Source of the DNA: Epiperipatus broadwayi
Taxonomy: Eukaryota; Animalia; Onychophora
Direction: 5' to 3'
Assembly: GCA_028023455.1 (NCBI GenBank)
Contig: JAQFVV010000007.1
Span: 15,004,001 to 15,068,000, forward strand
Length of the DNA stretch: 64,000 nt
Of the stretch, positions 40,916-55,300 are shown piece after piece. The notes beneath the pieces are model-generated. The model was not told the origin of the DNA, ran no database searches, and saw nothing but the letters and a program-made list of their open reading frames with translations. The translations under genes were made by a program, and so were the position numbers. Positions within the stretch are counted from its first letter, which is position 1; each line of letters begins with the position of its first letter.

Positions 40916-41935
40916 AAAGACTCTTATTATCATAGTTGCAACATTTATCTGAAATAATATTTGAATCTGGAGAGAAATGTAACATTTTTAGTAGCAGAGA
41001 ATTTCCAAACAATATTGTTTTTTTTTTAAAAAAAAGTTGATGTTTGGCATACTTAGTCTAGTCACCCAATTACTGGTCAGTAAATGACTAACCAAACAGC
41101 CTTAACTATAGGCTAAAAAACTACAATGACAACTAAGTAAATAGATAAAGTAAAATGATAATTTGTTGAATTGTTAATGATAATTAAGCCATTTATTATT
41201 ACAGTGGGTGTTCATGTGATGTCTTGAGTGTGTAAAGGCAAAAATACATAAACCTAACAGCATTTTTGCATAGAAGTAATTATTTGTGTAACTTTGAATT
41301 CACTACAATAAACAATTTGGAAATCTGATATGATAAAAGCTGATTTTAACAAACTGATGTATGAATATGTAGAAGATTTCAAAATAAATGTGTACAAAAA
41401 CTAAAGCAATAGAAATAAAATTGCAGATATGTATGCAGAGAAATTTCATGTTAGTTTTAAAACATAAATGATTTTCAGAGTAATTAATAATGCAAAAGAT
41501 AAAGTAAATAAGATTGACCAATCTAATATCATATATGCTTTGGGTGTAACCAATCAGTTGGTTGATATATATATATATGTGTGTATATATATATACCATG
41601 GAGAAACTAAGGTAAACATAAGAATAAAAAAGATGCAGTATTTTTTTTTATCTACAGAAAAATTAAACTGACTGTTTTCATGTCAGTATTTTAGAATCAC
41701 AAAAAAAAAAAAAAAATCATGAACTTACATTCAAACCACATAATAACTAAATTGTTTGCAAAGAAAAATAATAATAGAAAAAAATATATAAAAAAGCCTG
41801 GTTAAATAAATATGTGATGAGAGAGACAATAGCATTCAAAAAAAAAAAAAGCTTTTAAATGTTATTTAGTGAAGGATTCGTTAAAATTGCATATGTGGAC
41901 ATATCAAGTATACTAAAATACTAAAATAAATTTTA

Positions 41936-42703
<768 letters not shown>

Positions 42704-43389
42704 AATGTTGGTAATCAGATCATACTCAAAATAGTTAGTTGCCCATATTAATGCATGCAGAAAATCAACAACCACTTTATCAGTACATAATATTCTATTT
42801 CAAAAAGTGACTCTCATGAAGTAGCCCTGGAATCAAACATTAGGATAGTGACAAAAGTTGAAGAAAGGAGCTTGCTGTTAACTGAAAGATCTTTAATTTC
42901 TTTTTGAGCCCTTAAAAACTGACTCCATATACTCTTGTTATAGCATCTGCTCCTACTATTATGTGATTATTTATTAGTAAATAAACATGGTTTATCATTA
43001 ACCTACAACACTCACTGTGGATAGTTTATTGGCTTATTGTCTCAAAGTTTAAAATCAAAATGGATCATAAACTTTTATCTCAGTTCCCAAACAGCTCTTA
43101 ACTGAAACATCAATGTTTTTCTGGCAGCAGATATTTATAACCATAACACATAAAACTAAATTGTTTATGAGCTAAAAACATATCGTGCTCATAAAACCTT
43201 CATTATGAGCCCATTTTGATGATGATCTTTTATTTAACTACAATTGCAGATCACTTCCAAGTGAAGAAAGATTATATGAATTAAAAGAACTGTCTATATT
43301 AAATGCTACATTGTTAGACTTGGTGAGGTTAGAAGAAAAGATGAAGGGTTAATCATAGGTTTTATCACTAATAAATTAGTAATATTAGT

Positions 43390-43600
43390 TATTCATATTA
43401 ATGGAAAACACTAAATACAGGTAATTCACATTTATACCTCAACAAGTTTTCATCATGATGAAAAGGTAGATTTTTGTATGGATGTACAAAATGCTTTGGT
43501 TAAATGAACCAACATTCTAAAATTGTTATAGGAGACTTTAATTCTAGAATTGGCAAACTGTTGAAAAATAATGTTATGGATAAATTTGGTGAGGATAAAA
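43390..43600 (+). pseudogene. RTE-type AP endonuclease remnant
   Basis: IQVIHIYTSTS..HDEKV ... IVIGDFNSRIGK. Confidence 0.6.
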
Positions 43601-43642
43601 AAAAATGAAGATTTGTGTAATTCCTAGATAAAGAAAAGTTGA

Positions 43643-43872
43643 TATATATAGAGCTTGCAAAATAAGCCCTTAGCAAGCTTTGAGAATACCCTCAACACCA
43701 GACCAGTTTCTTCTTCTGGTGTCATCAGTGAAAGTTCTGGGTTTATCCTAGTATTTCAAATAGAAAATCTGAATATCTTGGCACCTCACTGATGATGCCA
43801 GAAGCAGAACCGGTCTGGAGTTGAAGGATATTCTCAAAACTTATTAAGAACTTATTTTGCAAGATCTATATA
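43643..43872. mobile_element. 230-bp foldback carrying two divergent hammerheads
   Basis: Arms 43643-43731 and 43787-43872. Minus: tca CTGATGA caccagaagaa GAAACTGGTC tgg. Plus: tca CTGATGA tgc cagaa gca GAACCGGTC tgg. Confidence 0.8.
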
Positions 43873-45476
43873 TCATTTGTAAATACAAGTTTTATTAAAT
43901 TAAGCCATGTGACATTGGACTTGATTTTTTATTATAAAGAAAAGTTATATATTATTGATTTCATTTTTGGGGGAAAAATACTAAATGGAAATAGAAAGGA
44001 AAAAATCTAAATGAAAGTAAAACAGAATTAGATTATATTTTGAGTAAAAAAAAAGTATGTATTTTAAGATTGCAATAATCTTGATTGTTTTAATGCAGGA
44101 AATGACTATTGATTAAGGAGATTAAGGAGATGTAAGATCCACATTATTGCAAAACTGGAGAGACAAAAACTATTATAAAAGTCTGTATTAATAATTAAAT
44201 ATCTAATCTTCATAATTAAATTAGAATTAGCTAATCTTTTTATATGGTGACAGAATTTTGAAGATGGTTCAGCACAACTGAAATCAAACAAATCCACCTT
44301 TCTTATTATTGTTACAATACTTATTTTATTAAAATTAATCAATCTTACACTTTCAATTGACAAGCAATCTTCTTCAAAACTCTTCCTTATTATTTAGTTT
44401 TTCCAACCCTCACTTTTCCTACCAATTCACAATTATATTTTTTATCATTATTACCTCTTTTTCATTTCTATTTACATAACTCCAGGATAATATATTCTAC
44501 TTATATCATTTTCTGAATAATAAATTGATGAATTTGAGTTTCAAGATCTGTCTGCCACTCTGTCCCTCGATCAAACTAGAAAAGACTTTTCAAATATCAT
44601 CTAGTGCATTTTGTATGAATGATCAAACTTGATCATCAAAGTGCCACTTATCATTGCACCAAACGAAAAAAAAAACTTATATGTATAAATAAAAGTCCAT
44701 GTCAAATTGGCTATAGCTATTATTTATTTTTATAAATTCGCATTTGAATTCTGCAGTGTTTATTTATTCCAGAGCATTTTGTTTATTACATTTATTTTAT
44801 CTGTTTGTATATATATATATATATATCGTAGGTATGAAGTGCAAAGCAATCACATGTCATAGAAAAGTTTGCCATTTAACTATTTTAATCTAGCTAGATA
44901 ATTGACATATCCTCTCTCTGATTTTATTTAAATTATTGAATTCAATACTCTTGTTGGTATATTGGATGACTCATCATCATCACAATTGGTATCACTACCT
45001 CCAGATAATTACAGTATATTTGCATTATTTTCTCCTCATCAAATATGTTTAGACATATATAAATAGGGTGCCAATCTATTTATCTTATCATTATCAGTGA
45101 ATTATCTCAATCTTTTGACCATGTTTTTCAAATACTCATTAGTGGGTAATCATATCATCTCCTTACTTATTTTTGTTACAATATATTCATTAATAAATCC
45201 AAATAAATGTTTATTAAGAAATTGTATACATGCATTTATATACAGGTGTGAACATTGAATGTGCAGAAATACAAGAAATAATATCATTAGAAAAGAAACT
45301 ATTAATTTTATTTATTAGTATTATAAGATTTGAAATACGGGCATTCCTATGCCTATAACTTAATTGTAAATATAGGGAATTTAAACTCAGACTTTCAAGA
45401 AACCTTCAACTATTCACACTATTTCATACTACTGATACAAATGTCCACACATATGCATAAAAGATAAAAATAATCA

Positions 45477-45518
45477 CCAATATATGTATTTCATGCTGAA
45501 CCAGCACTTATCAATTGG
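45477..45518 (-). ncRNA. Family B hammerhead with U3-A8 core
   Basis: ccaa TTGATAA gtgctg gtt cagcat GAAA tacataTA ttgg. All three stems can form; cleavage triplet AUA. Confidence 0.7.
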
Positions 45519-45866
45519 TCCAGATTATCATCTCCCACATACATATATAAACAGTGCTCAGTTTATGTTAAGATAGCAAATATTTATACTTTAATGGACA
45601 GGTTTCAATCTACTCCAACTCTTCAGACATCCATATCATTGAAGATTTGATGATAGAATGCCCAAATCGCATGCTGATGCCAATATTGTTAATATCCCCA
45701 TGTTCATCATCAAATTTTCAATGGTATGGATGGCTGAAGAGTTAGTTGGAGGTTAAAGCAGATTGAAGCATGTCCATGAAAGTATAAATATTTGCTATCT
45801 TAATATAAAAACTGAGCACTGATTATATATATGTGTGTGTGTGTGTGTGGAAAATGATGATCTGGA

Positions 45867-45908
45867 CCAACTGGTGAGTTCTGGTTCAGCACAAAATATG
45901 GTTATTGG
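45867..45908 (+). ncRNA. Family B hammerhead (decayed)
   Basis: ccaa CTGGTGA gttctg gtt cagcac AAAA tatggtta ttgg. Confidence 0.6.
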
Positions 45909-48900
45909 TGATTATTTATCTTTTCTGTATGTGTGTAGTCATGTATATCAGTAGTATGAGATAGTGTGGATAGTTGAAGGTAGCTTGAAAGTCTGAGTTC
46001 AAATCCCCTATATTTATTAGTATTATATATATCATTATCAAATGATTTATTGTTTCCACAAATTTTTCCTGAATTTCGTGGGGATATTGCAATTATCTGG
46101 AAGTAGTGATACCAATTGTGATGATGATGAGTGATTATCCAATATGTCAACAAGAATATTGAATTAAATAATTTAAATAAAATCACAGAGGATATGTTAA
46201 TTACCTAGCTAGATTAATATATATATAATATTTATCACTTGTAGAATACTTATATTTTTTACTGAATAATTTATCTAGTATATATTGCATATGAATTAAC
46301 AAACTTATAACATGTTTGAGAATTAAATTTATTTTTTTAAAAAAAAAAAATAAGAAAATTATCGCTTAAAAAAAAAAAAAGAACAATAAATTTTTTAAAA
46401 TTATAATTATAGTTTTATATCTCAGTCCAGTACCCTAATCAGTAACTTTCATTTGACTATGATTACTCTACAGGTGAAAACAGCATATTATTACCATATA
46501 TGATTGTTTTACAGGTGAAAACAAATAAAATCATTAATATTAATAAGTTTGATATCAAAGGAGTAAGTAAAATGTAAATATTACACATTATAATAACGTG
46601 CTTTTTTGATTTTTAATTTTTTACAAAAACAAATATTTCTCATATGAATTTTTTTTTTTAATTTTACTAATTCTTCCTATTTTTTTTCACATATTTTCTT
46701 TCAATCTTGAATGAAAGATTAATTAGATGCTAATGATAATAATCTAATCGTTAACAGAAGAGAAACTACTTCCATGGATCAAATTCACCTGGCATTATGT
46801 CTAACTTGCCCGAGGGTCACTGATAATATCAGCGTGCTTTAGTCGTCCAAATACTGTAAAACAACTTTGAGAAAAAATTAAGCATAATAAACTATTTAAG
46901 ATCACCACCTGTAAGGAATTAATTCCCATAAAAAGCAAATTATCAATTAACTTTTAATTATTGGAGATTTATTTTTAATTTGGATTTTTAGTATAGCATA
47001 TGCATTTTTTTATTATTTTTTGACGAGCATTAACAAAGAGTGTAATAATATTTGACTGTCATTAAAACCGTCGCATAGTAGCTTGGTTAAGATTCATGGA
47101 TTGTGGACAACTTTATCATTTCCGACAGTCCAACTTATGAACTCAAGAGCAATAAAGCCATTTCGTTATTATTCTAATTAAATAACTTTTTAAACGCTAC
47201 TGCATTTATTTAAATCATTAAAAACTTAGTATGTGCTTTTCATTATTATGTGTTCCTATGAGTGTTTTGGTATAGCGGGTAACGAATTGTCCCAAGTTTA
47301 ATGTGATGTGGTTAAATGTCAGTGGCAATGCGCTGATCATAAAATAAAAGTGCAATTGCAATATTATGCATGTTTGTCCATGCAAGGTAGGTATTATGGC
47401 ACTCCACGCTTTAAATCCATTGTTTGTTTATATTTATTTCAAAGCATTTTTCTGTCCAAATTTCAGTTTTAATTTTAATATGTGAATTGGAACAAAAATT
47501 ATTTTAAATATCTAGATTTTTAAAAAAAACAACAACAACAAACTATGTCACTGTTATGATAATAATCGTACCTATGGCAATATTGAATTTTTTAAAAACA
47601 TCTTTTCCTTGGTGTGGCAAAGGATTCATGCATGACATGTAGAAGTCATATAAATGTTCTTTGTAGCTGATTACATAGATTCAATTATCTACTATATTAT
47701 TAATCTAAATTTCTTTCCACGTAAAAAAAAAAAATCAATGGTTCTATTACACAGGAGTTCATAATAAGTTTGAATACTAGAAATGCCAGAACCGAAATCA
47801 ATGTGAGGATCTTAAATTAATATTCCAAACCATGTAGGGCATTTCCTTTTATTCATATCCTATTGCTGACTTACAAAACTTTCTATCAAGATACTTTATT
47901 CTATGCATTTATGACATCATAATATGCATATCTCTCCATTTCACACTCTATAGAATTACACTTTATGTATTATACTGGACAGAAAACGATTAGATATTAT
48001 GAAGTTGATGTCTTTTTTTTTAAAAAAAAGCCATTTATTTGCTAAATCAACTTTATCTATATAGAATTATTATAGAGATATACATCAGTTATAATGCAAA
48101 TATGTATTACTTTCATCATCTTTAATAGAATCATGTATCTCTCTCACTATGCACAATTGAATGGGATAAATTTGCACAAATCTCTAATAAAAATAAAGTG
48201 TATATTTTGTCTGTTATTTATTCAAGTAACTGTAGATTTTTTGGCTTTGGCCATATCAGTTTTACCTATTTCTAATTTTAAAAATTCACTTGAGAAATTT
48301 AGTTTTAATAGAAACTGATAATATGTTATTATTAGTGCAATTTTTATTATTATTGTTGTTATTAATTATTTCCAATATTATCCATATAAATTCATATAAT
48401 CATTTTGTATGGATTTTATTGATTTTCATAATCTTTTGTTTATTTGTTTGTAGGGAAAGTTGTAAAAAAAATCTTCAACTTGGAAATATAGATTATTTCT
48501 GTATTTTTTCTAAATAAAGAAGTAATTATATATTTTGCTATTGTTTTTTATCAAAATACAGTAGAACCTTTATATGCTTTTTCTCAAATTTTGAAGATTC
48601 ACTTATCCATGTGCAAAAAAATATATATGTTAAAAAATAGAAATTTTCTAAATTTTAATATTCTAATTTACATTGTAATTACACTGAGATTACAAAAGCA
48701 AAATATCTACAAAAATGTGACTACTGTTTTATTTATAAGACAGATAAAATCTGTACTTAAAATTTATCGATGAAAATCAATTATATATTAATATCTTTTG
48801 CATTATATCATTATCATTCTCAATTCTAGAAAGAAATAAAATGGCAAGTTTTACTTTTGTTAATATCTTGACATGCATATGCAGTTTTTAAATAATATAT

Positions 48901-48923
48901 ATAATGTATAGGTTTTTTAACAC

Positions 48924-49242
48924 CAAATTCAGGTTTACATATATCAAATTTAGGTTTTGCAAATGAAATTCAGGTTTTCATAAATCAAATTTAGGTTTTT
49001 ACTTCAAATTTAGATTTTTGCAAATCAAATTCAGGTTTTCATAAATCAAATTTAGATTTTTTAACTTCAAATTCAGGTTTTTCATAAATTAATTCAGGTT
49101 TTTTATTTCAAATTTAGATTTTTGCAACTCAAATTCAGGTTTTCATAAATCAAATTCAAGTTTATCAAATCAAATTCAGGTTTACATAAATCAAATTCAG
49201 ATTTTTGCAAATCAAATTTAGGCTTTCATAAATCAAATTCAG
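48924..49242. repeat. Subterminal ~21-bp tandem repeats (caaattcaggttttcataaat)
   Basis: About 15 imperfect units. One or two inverted units occur at the right end (~50860-50895). Confidence 0.9.
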
Positions 49243-49590
49243 TTTTTTTTTTTAATTTTATTGATAAAAAAACAGTGAAACAATATATTCCATGTTGAAA
49301 TAAAAATAAGTGCAAAAAAGAAAGCAGAAAAATCTTCCACCAAATCAATTATAAAATTATAAATATTGAAATGAAAAAGGGCAGCAAGTAGAACACAGTT
49401 AAAATTTAATCAAAAATGAATAACACTTTATCTAAAATCAGATTTCCCCTGGATAGAAAGCAACAGTCTATGAGTCATAAGATCCAATTCATCCCAAACA
49501 TCAGCATCTGCATCAAGTACAAAAAGACTGGCTATTCAAACAAATCATCATAAAGTACATCATGGACTTCCATACAATCTCATATGTAAA
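49243..49590 (-). mobile_element. Possible polyA-tailed retroposed 3' fragment inside the Tc1-like element
   Basis: Begins with a T-run followed by ttttattg (aataaa plus polyA on the minus strand). No family recognised. Confidence 0.3.
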
Positions 49591-50121
49591 GATAAAAAGA
49601 AAATTTTAATAAAATGCTATGGAGAATATAAATGTAATGCTGAATTGACAAAAACAGCAGGAATTAAAAAAACTGCTCTCTCCATAAATACTCAATACAA
49701 CAATGATGGTAGAATAGTTGTGGATAAAACTCATAATGCAAAAAAATAAAACAATTGGCTGCATTGATATTACAAAAAAATTAAACAACTGGTTGAAGAA
49801 AATCCATGTATAACATTAAAAAATATTCATAATAAAATTATGAAATATGAATATATCAACTTAAATATATCTTCAATTAATATGCATTGAAAGGTCTATA
49901 AATTACTTTAAAAATTGCAACTGTACAGGGAGATCAACTAAATTGTGCTGAAACAACTTGGAAACAAAAGTTGTATACATCATTTTTCACTCAAGATGTC
50001 CCACAAACATGTGAAAAAATAATATTTATTGCTAAATCATGCTTTAATTGTCAAATTCAACAAAAAAGATATGATCAAGGGTTAATACATTTACTCATAT
50101 AGTCATTCCAACCACTTAGAG

Positions 50122-50306
50122 CAGCAGTTTTCAATCTGTGGGTCATGACCCCTTGAGGGTCAAACAACTCTTTCACAGAGGTCACCTAAGACCATTGGAA
50201 AATACATTTTTGATTCATAACAGTAGCAAAATTAAAGGTTGGGGGTCACCACAACATAAAGAACTGTATTAAATGGTTGTGGTATTAGGAAGGTTAAGAG
50301 CCACTG
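50122..50306. mobile_element. hAT MITE resembling SPIN/URR1 non-autonomous elements, 8-bp TSD
   Basis: ACTTAGAG at 50114-50121 and 50307-50314. Termini cagcagttttcaa / ttaagagccactg. The internal sequence matches my recollection of the SPIN/URR1 consensus. Confidence 0.85.
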
Positions 50307-51212
50307 ACTTAGAGGATGTAACATTTTTCTAATTACTGCAATATTCACTGAATAACATGTAAACATGTCATTGCAAACTCTTCTGTTGATGGCAGTATTT
50401 TTGTGGATTTCTTCAGGAATTTACTATATTAAAATAAATCACATCACAGGTGTGTGGTTAATTTTAAATAATGCTGCAATTCACAAGATGCAAGAATTGC
50501 ACAATATTGTTGGTGAGACAAAGCATAAGTTGTTTTCTCCTCTATATTCATCAACGTTAAATCCAATGGGAAAAATATTTTATAAAATAAAGTTCAATGC
50601 AAGAGGTTTGTTAGCAGATCCTACATAATATAATCTAAATTTAGTAGATGTAATTGAAACATCTGTTGGAACCATCACATCTGCCCATTGCAATAATTAT
50701 TTTCTAGATGTGTCAATGAGTTCATCATTAGCTGTTACAGGAGAGCAGCTGCAGTTATACTTGTTTCGATTTAATTTTTGTTTAAAATTGTTATAATTGT
50801 TTCACTGTTATTATTAATAAAAGTTACAAAAAACTAAAGTTGATTTATAAAAAAATGATTTTGATTTGCAAAAACCTTAATTTGAAATAAAAAACCTATA
50901 CATAATGATAAAAATAACTGTACACCATCTACAGTATACACGTATGTATTAAACATATATTGTATATCATTCTAATTTTATTAAACTATATTGTTGATAT
51001 CTTAATGTGTATTTGAAATTTTTATATAAAATTGTACATATTGTATTTATCACTAAAATATCTGTATATTTTCCTCATTATGCACGCATGTGTTAAAACA
51101 TATACTGTAAAGCTCTGCTTTATCTAGGTTTTTTTTTTGCAAAGTCTGTTTGGAGTGTTATATCTGATCCCACTAGCTTCTGGTCAATGTCTGGAAAGGT
51201 TTTATCCCTTTT

Positions 51213-51925
51213 ATGTTAAATAAAACTGATGGTGACATTTTTGTTACTATTGGTTCTGACTTTTATAAATGTATTTACTGTAATGATATTTTTGTGGTAA
51301 CCTTGACAAATAAGTTTTCTGATAATCCAGTTTCTGGCAATTTTAATGGGCATAATGATTCTGAGATGGTTAAATTGATTGCTTGTATGGACAGTAGACT
51401 TGAGGAAAATAATGATGCTGGAAACACTGCTAAAAGTAAATTTGACAATAATACTACTTTTTTATTCTCACATTATATCTCTAATAAAGATGCTGACTTA
51501 TCTGCTAATAAAATAGATGATATTGAAAATTTCATTGATAATATTATCAATGATTCTGGTAATTTTACTTATGAAATGATCCTTCTCTTCCTCATTCTTT
51601 TACATATAATTTAATAGTCAGAATGTCACATCATTGTAATAATGTCTGTTCTTCATTGGCCAAAGATAAACTTGTTATTACCAATGACATTGGCATTCAA
51701 TGTGTGTTATCATCATCTGATTATCCTGAGGATAAAAATTTTGCTTCATCTATTACTGAAGATCAACCTTCTATTATTACTGATAGTGACACTCAATACT
51801 TATCTTCATCCAATGACATTGAAGATCTTACTAAATATATTACATTGAATAATGGTTTTCTTAAAGATAATTCAGTTGATGCAAAATTTCGCAAGCATCA
51901 TCAACAAAAATCAGATTATAAGTAA
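51213..51925 (+). other. Low-complexity N/D/S-rich ORFs, possibly the 5' part of ORF1 of the downstream LINE
   Basis: Adjacent same-strand ORFs 51213-51614 and 51623-51925 upstream of the LINE. No diagnostic motif. Confidence 0.2.
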
Positions 51926-52359
51926 TTTAAAATGAACAATTAAATCTTCATGCTCTCAGTTCCATATGCTTTAGATTTGCTTATACATATAGTTTGGGTG
52001 AAAAGGATAGAGTGGTTCATTTTATCTTTTAAAAAGTCTTTATCTTGTGTTTGGAAAGGAGAGTATTCATTATAATTAGTGTTCAATCTGTAAAGCGCAC
52101 GTGCAGTGGAGAAAGCTACAGTTATTATTAATTTCTTGTAATAATAGTGGTTTTGATTTTTATAATAAAACTGACAATTTTGTATTCAAGAATTTGTCAA
52201 ATTCTAATTGCAAAAATAGATATTTTTATAACTCATCTTGGTTTGAGAAAATGGTATTAACAATTCATTTTCAAATTCTAAACTTTCATCTCATAAAAAG
52301 TCAAAAACACAATGTTATAATGTAAAGCATTTAGTTTATTCCAATTCCTATAAGACACG

Positions 52360-55300
52360 GGATATGCATTCACAAAATACTCTTGTTACGAGGAAAAAAT
52401 ATAATAGACATTTTCCTCTTAGTATATTTTCTCTAAAACCTATGAATTCTATAATACCTAATTGTCCAGTTAATGTCTCCAAATTCATTCCAGCTCATAG
52501 ATCACATTATTTTCATTGCACAGAATTTAACATTAACATATATATTAATGTTAATGATAAAATAATTTTGGATATTTCTTTTTAACTTCTAGTAAAAAAT
52601 AAGCATACCTCATTCTTCAACGACAAAAAAAGTTAACATACCTGATACCGTGAATAATTCTTATTTTACGCAATTCTTCTCTAAAATTTGTTCTATAATA
52701 TCAATACAAAATACAATAGATATTTTACTTTTAATATGCCAGTGAATTTTAATTTATATGATGTTAAATTATTCCTTGAAAATATTTTAAGAACTAACAT
52801 TGTTTGTCATAAAATTAATAGGAATAATGTGAAATCTTCTTGCTTTTACATTTCTGCTCCTGTCATAAACACAGTGAATTAATATTTCCCAGTTTATGGC
52901 CTCACAATGCTTCCCTTACTTTTTTCATGGATCATTCTTTATTTCATTAAGACTTTGATTGAATTTATCTTATCTTTTTGTCGATTGCTGACTTTCCCTT
53001 TTTTTCCATCCTCTTTTTTTTTCTTTTTGATTTGCTTTATTTTCGTTATTTTCCTTGTTAACGTCACAGGTTTTTCTTGTTTTCATATTAATGTTAGAGG
53101 GAACTGAATCAAATGTATCAAAATTAAGCAATTCTTTGAAACTGAAAACTTTGATCTTATATTTCTTACAGAAACTTGATTAAATCAATAATTTTCTGGT
53201 TGCTCTTTCCTTGATAATAGATATAATATTTTACGAATGGACAGATCTATGGAAAATGTTACTCGAGGAGGTGGTATTCTTATTGATATTCATAAAGATG
53301 TGTTTTATAAAGATCTTCATTTCACTTCTTTTTGTGTACCTATACGTTGTCAAATTATCTTAAATAACAATTTTAAATGCATCTTAGGAAATATATAAAA
53401 TCAACTTTTTCACTGTTAGAACTTGACTATTTTTTGATCTCACTTGAAGCTTTTTTGATTGGCTATAAAAATATTATTATTACTGGTGATTTAAACATTC
53501 CAGATTTATTTCAGGGTAAAATTACTAGACACTTTTTTAACTCTTAAATCTTTCAGAATGTTAAGGTTTTGTAAATGTTTGGGACTTAAACAATATAACC
53601 CATTTGTTAATGCTTCTCAATGTATTTTAAACTATATTCTATGTAATTCACCAATAGTTAGTAACTTTCAGATCATTTCTATTACTTTTCTTATTGATGC
53701 TCATCCTCCACCTATTGAATTTTATATTAAGATATGTCACTCAAAAGTTACTAATATTTCTAATATTTTAAAAAGAGATTATAGGAAAGGTAATTAAGTT
53801 GGTTTTTGTAAGAAATTTTCTAAAGTTGATTGGAATTCATTGTATTCCTATAGTGATGTAAATCATCACTTAGATTATTTTTTGCAGATTCTTAATAGTT
53901 TTATTGATTTGTATATTCCCAGTAAATTCTCTTTCCATAAGGGTTTCCTCCCCTTGGTTTTCATACACTCTCATTAAGATTATTAAAAAAAATCTTACCA
54001 TCACAAACTCTATTTTAAAACATAGAATAACTTTAAATATCTCTTTTTATAATAATTTTATTAATTTCAAAAGATTGGCTAAACATATTTACAAAAAGGA
54101 TTTACAAAATTATATTAAAAATTGAATTTAATATTTCTATTAACCATAAAAAAATGTGTGATTTTATTAATAATTCAGGCTTGGATAATAAAAGAGTTCA
54201 AGCTATTCATAATTCCACATTAAATGCAAATGATTTTTCCAAACATTTTGTTGAATTATATTCTTCACAACATAGAATATCTTCAAAAATTACATTACTT
54301 TGCAATTCACCTATTGTTCATTGCATGATTGATCATATCTCTAGGGATGTTATTGTAGCCATCAGGTGACTTAAAACTTATTCTAGTTTAAGATATGATA
54401 ATATTCCTTCCTTTATTTATAAAGGTCTAGCTGAATTTATTGCAGCACTTTTTGTCTTTATTTTTAATTTATCACTTAACCTCTTGTATTTTTCCTAATG
54501 TTCTTAAATGTGCCAAAATGATCACAATTTTTAAAAATGGCTCCTATGACTAAGTTAATAATTATAGACCTATTTCTGTTTTACACACTATTGCTCAAAT
54601 TATTGAGAAGTATGTTAGTAATAAAACTATTTCTGATGTTAGTAAAGTCATTTCTTCTTTACAGCATGATTTTATTCCTAATAAACCAATTAAAAGTAAT
54701 TTTTTAACACTTTATGATTATATAACACATGCAATTGATGATCAGCAAATACTTGATGTCATTGATTTTCATATATCAAAAGCCTTTGATAATGTAAACC
54801 ACATTATTCTCCTTCACAAATTACATAAAATGAGATTTTTCACTAAACTTATTTATTGGTTTCAATCCTTTTTTTATAGTTCTACAGCATATATCAGATT
54901 CAATAATAATATTACATTTAATTTTGAACATAATTTAGGTGTTTCTCAGGGTAAATGTTTTAGCACTCATGCTTTTTAACATTTAAATTAATGACCTCAA
55001 GGATTGCCTAAAATAGTTTTAGCTTTTGTGCTATGCTGGTAACTGTAAAATCTTTAGAAGAAATACATCAGTGATTGACTGAACTCTCCTTCAGAAAGAT
55101 ATTGATAACATTTAGTGCTTTGTGTGATCTAAATAATGTCAGTTAATTTTAATAAATGTTCCCTTTTTACATATTCTAAAAAATCTGAAGGTTTAAATTT
55201 TTGTTATTTTATTAATTCTCACAAAATTAATTCAGTTGATTCTCAAAAAGATCTGGGAGTTTTTCCTACCCTTTTCTTTCTCATTTTGAAATGATCATTG

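Larger units (their letters stand above)
45326..46010. mobile_element. Family B HHR repeat, inverted pair, 17-bp TSD
   Basis: TATTTATTAGTATTATA at 45309-45325 and 46011-46027. Junction at ~45698. HHRs at 45477-45518 (-) and 45867-45908 (+). Confidence 0.88.
48904..50903 (+). mobile_element. Decayed Tc1/IS630-like DNA transposon
   Basis: 15-bp TIRs atgtataggtttttt (48904-48918) and aaaaaacctatacat (50889-50903). Transposase remnants IKQLVEENPCITLKNI, IIFIAKSCFN, LILNNAAIHK, LFSPLYSSTLNPMGKIF. Confidence 0.82.

Noticed and set aside
46795-46856. Minus-strand micro-exon FGRLKHADIISDPRA, resembling part of an RRM
   Set aside because: Too short, the donor is weak, and no partner exons were found.
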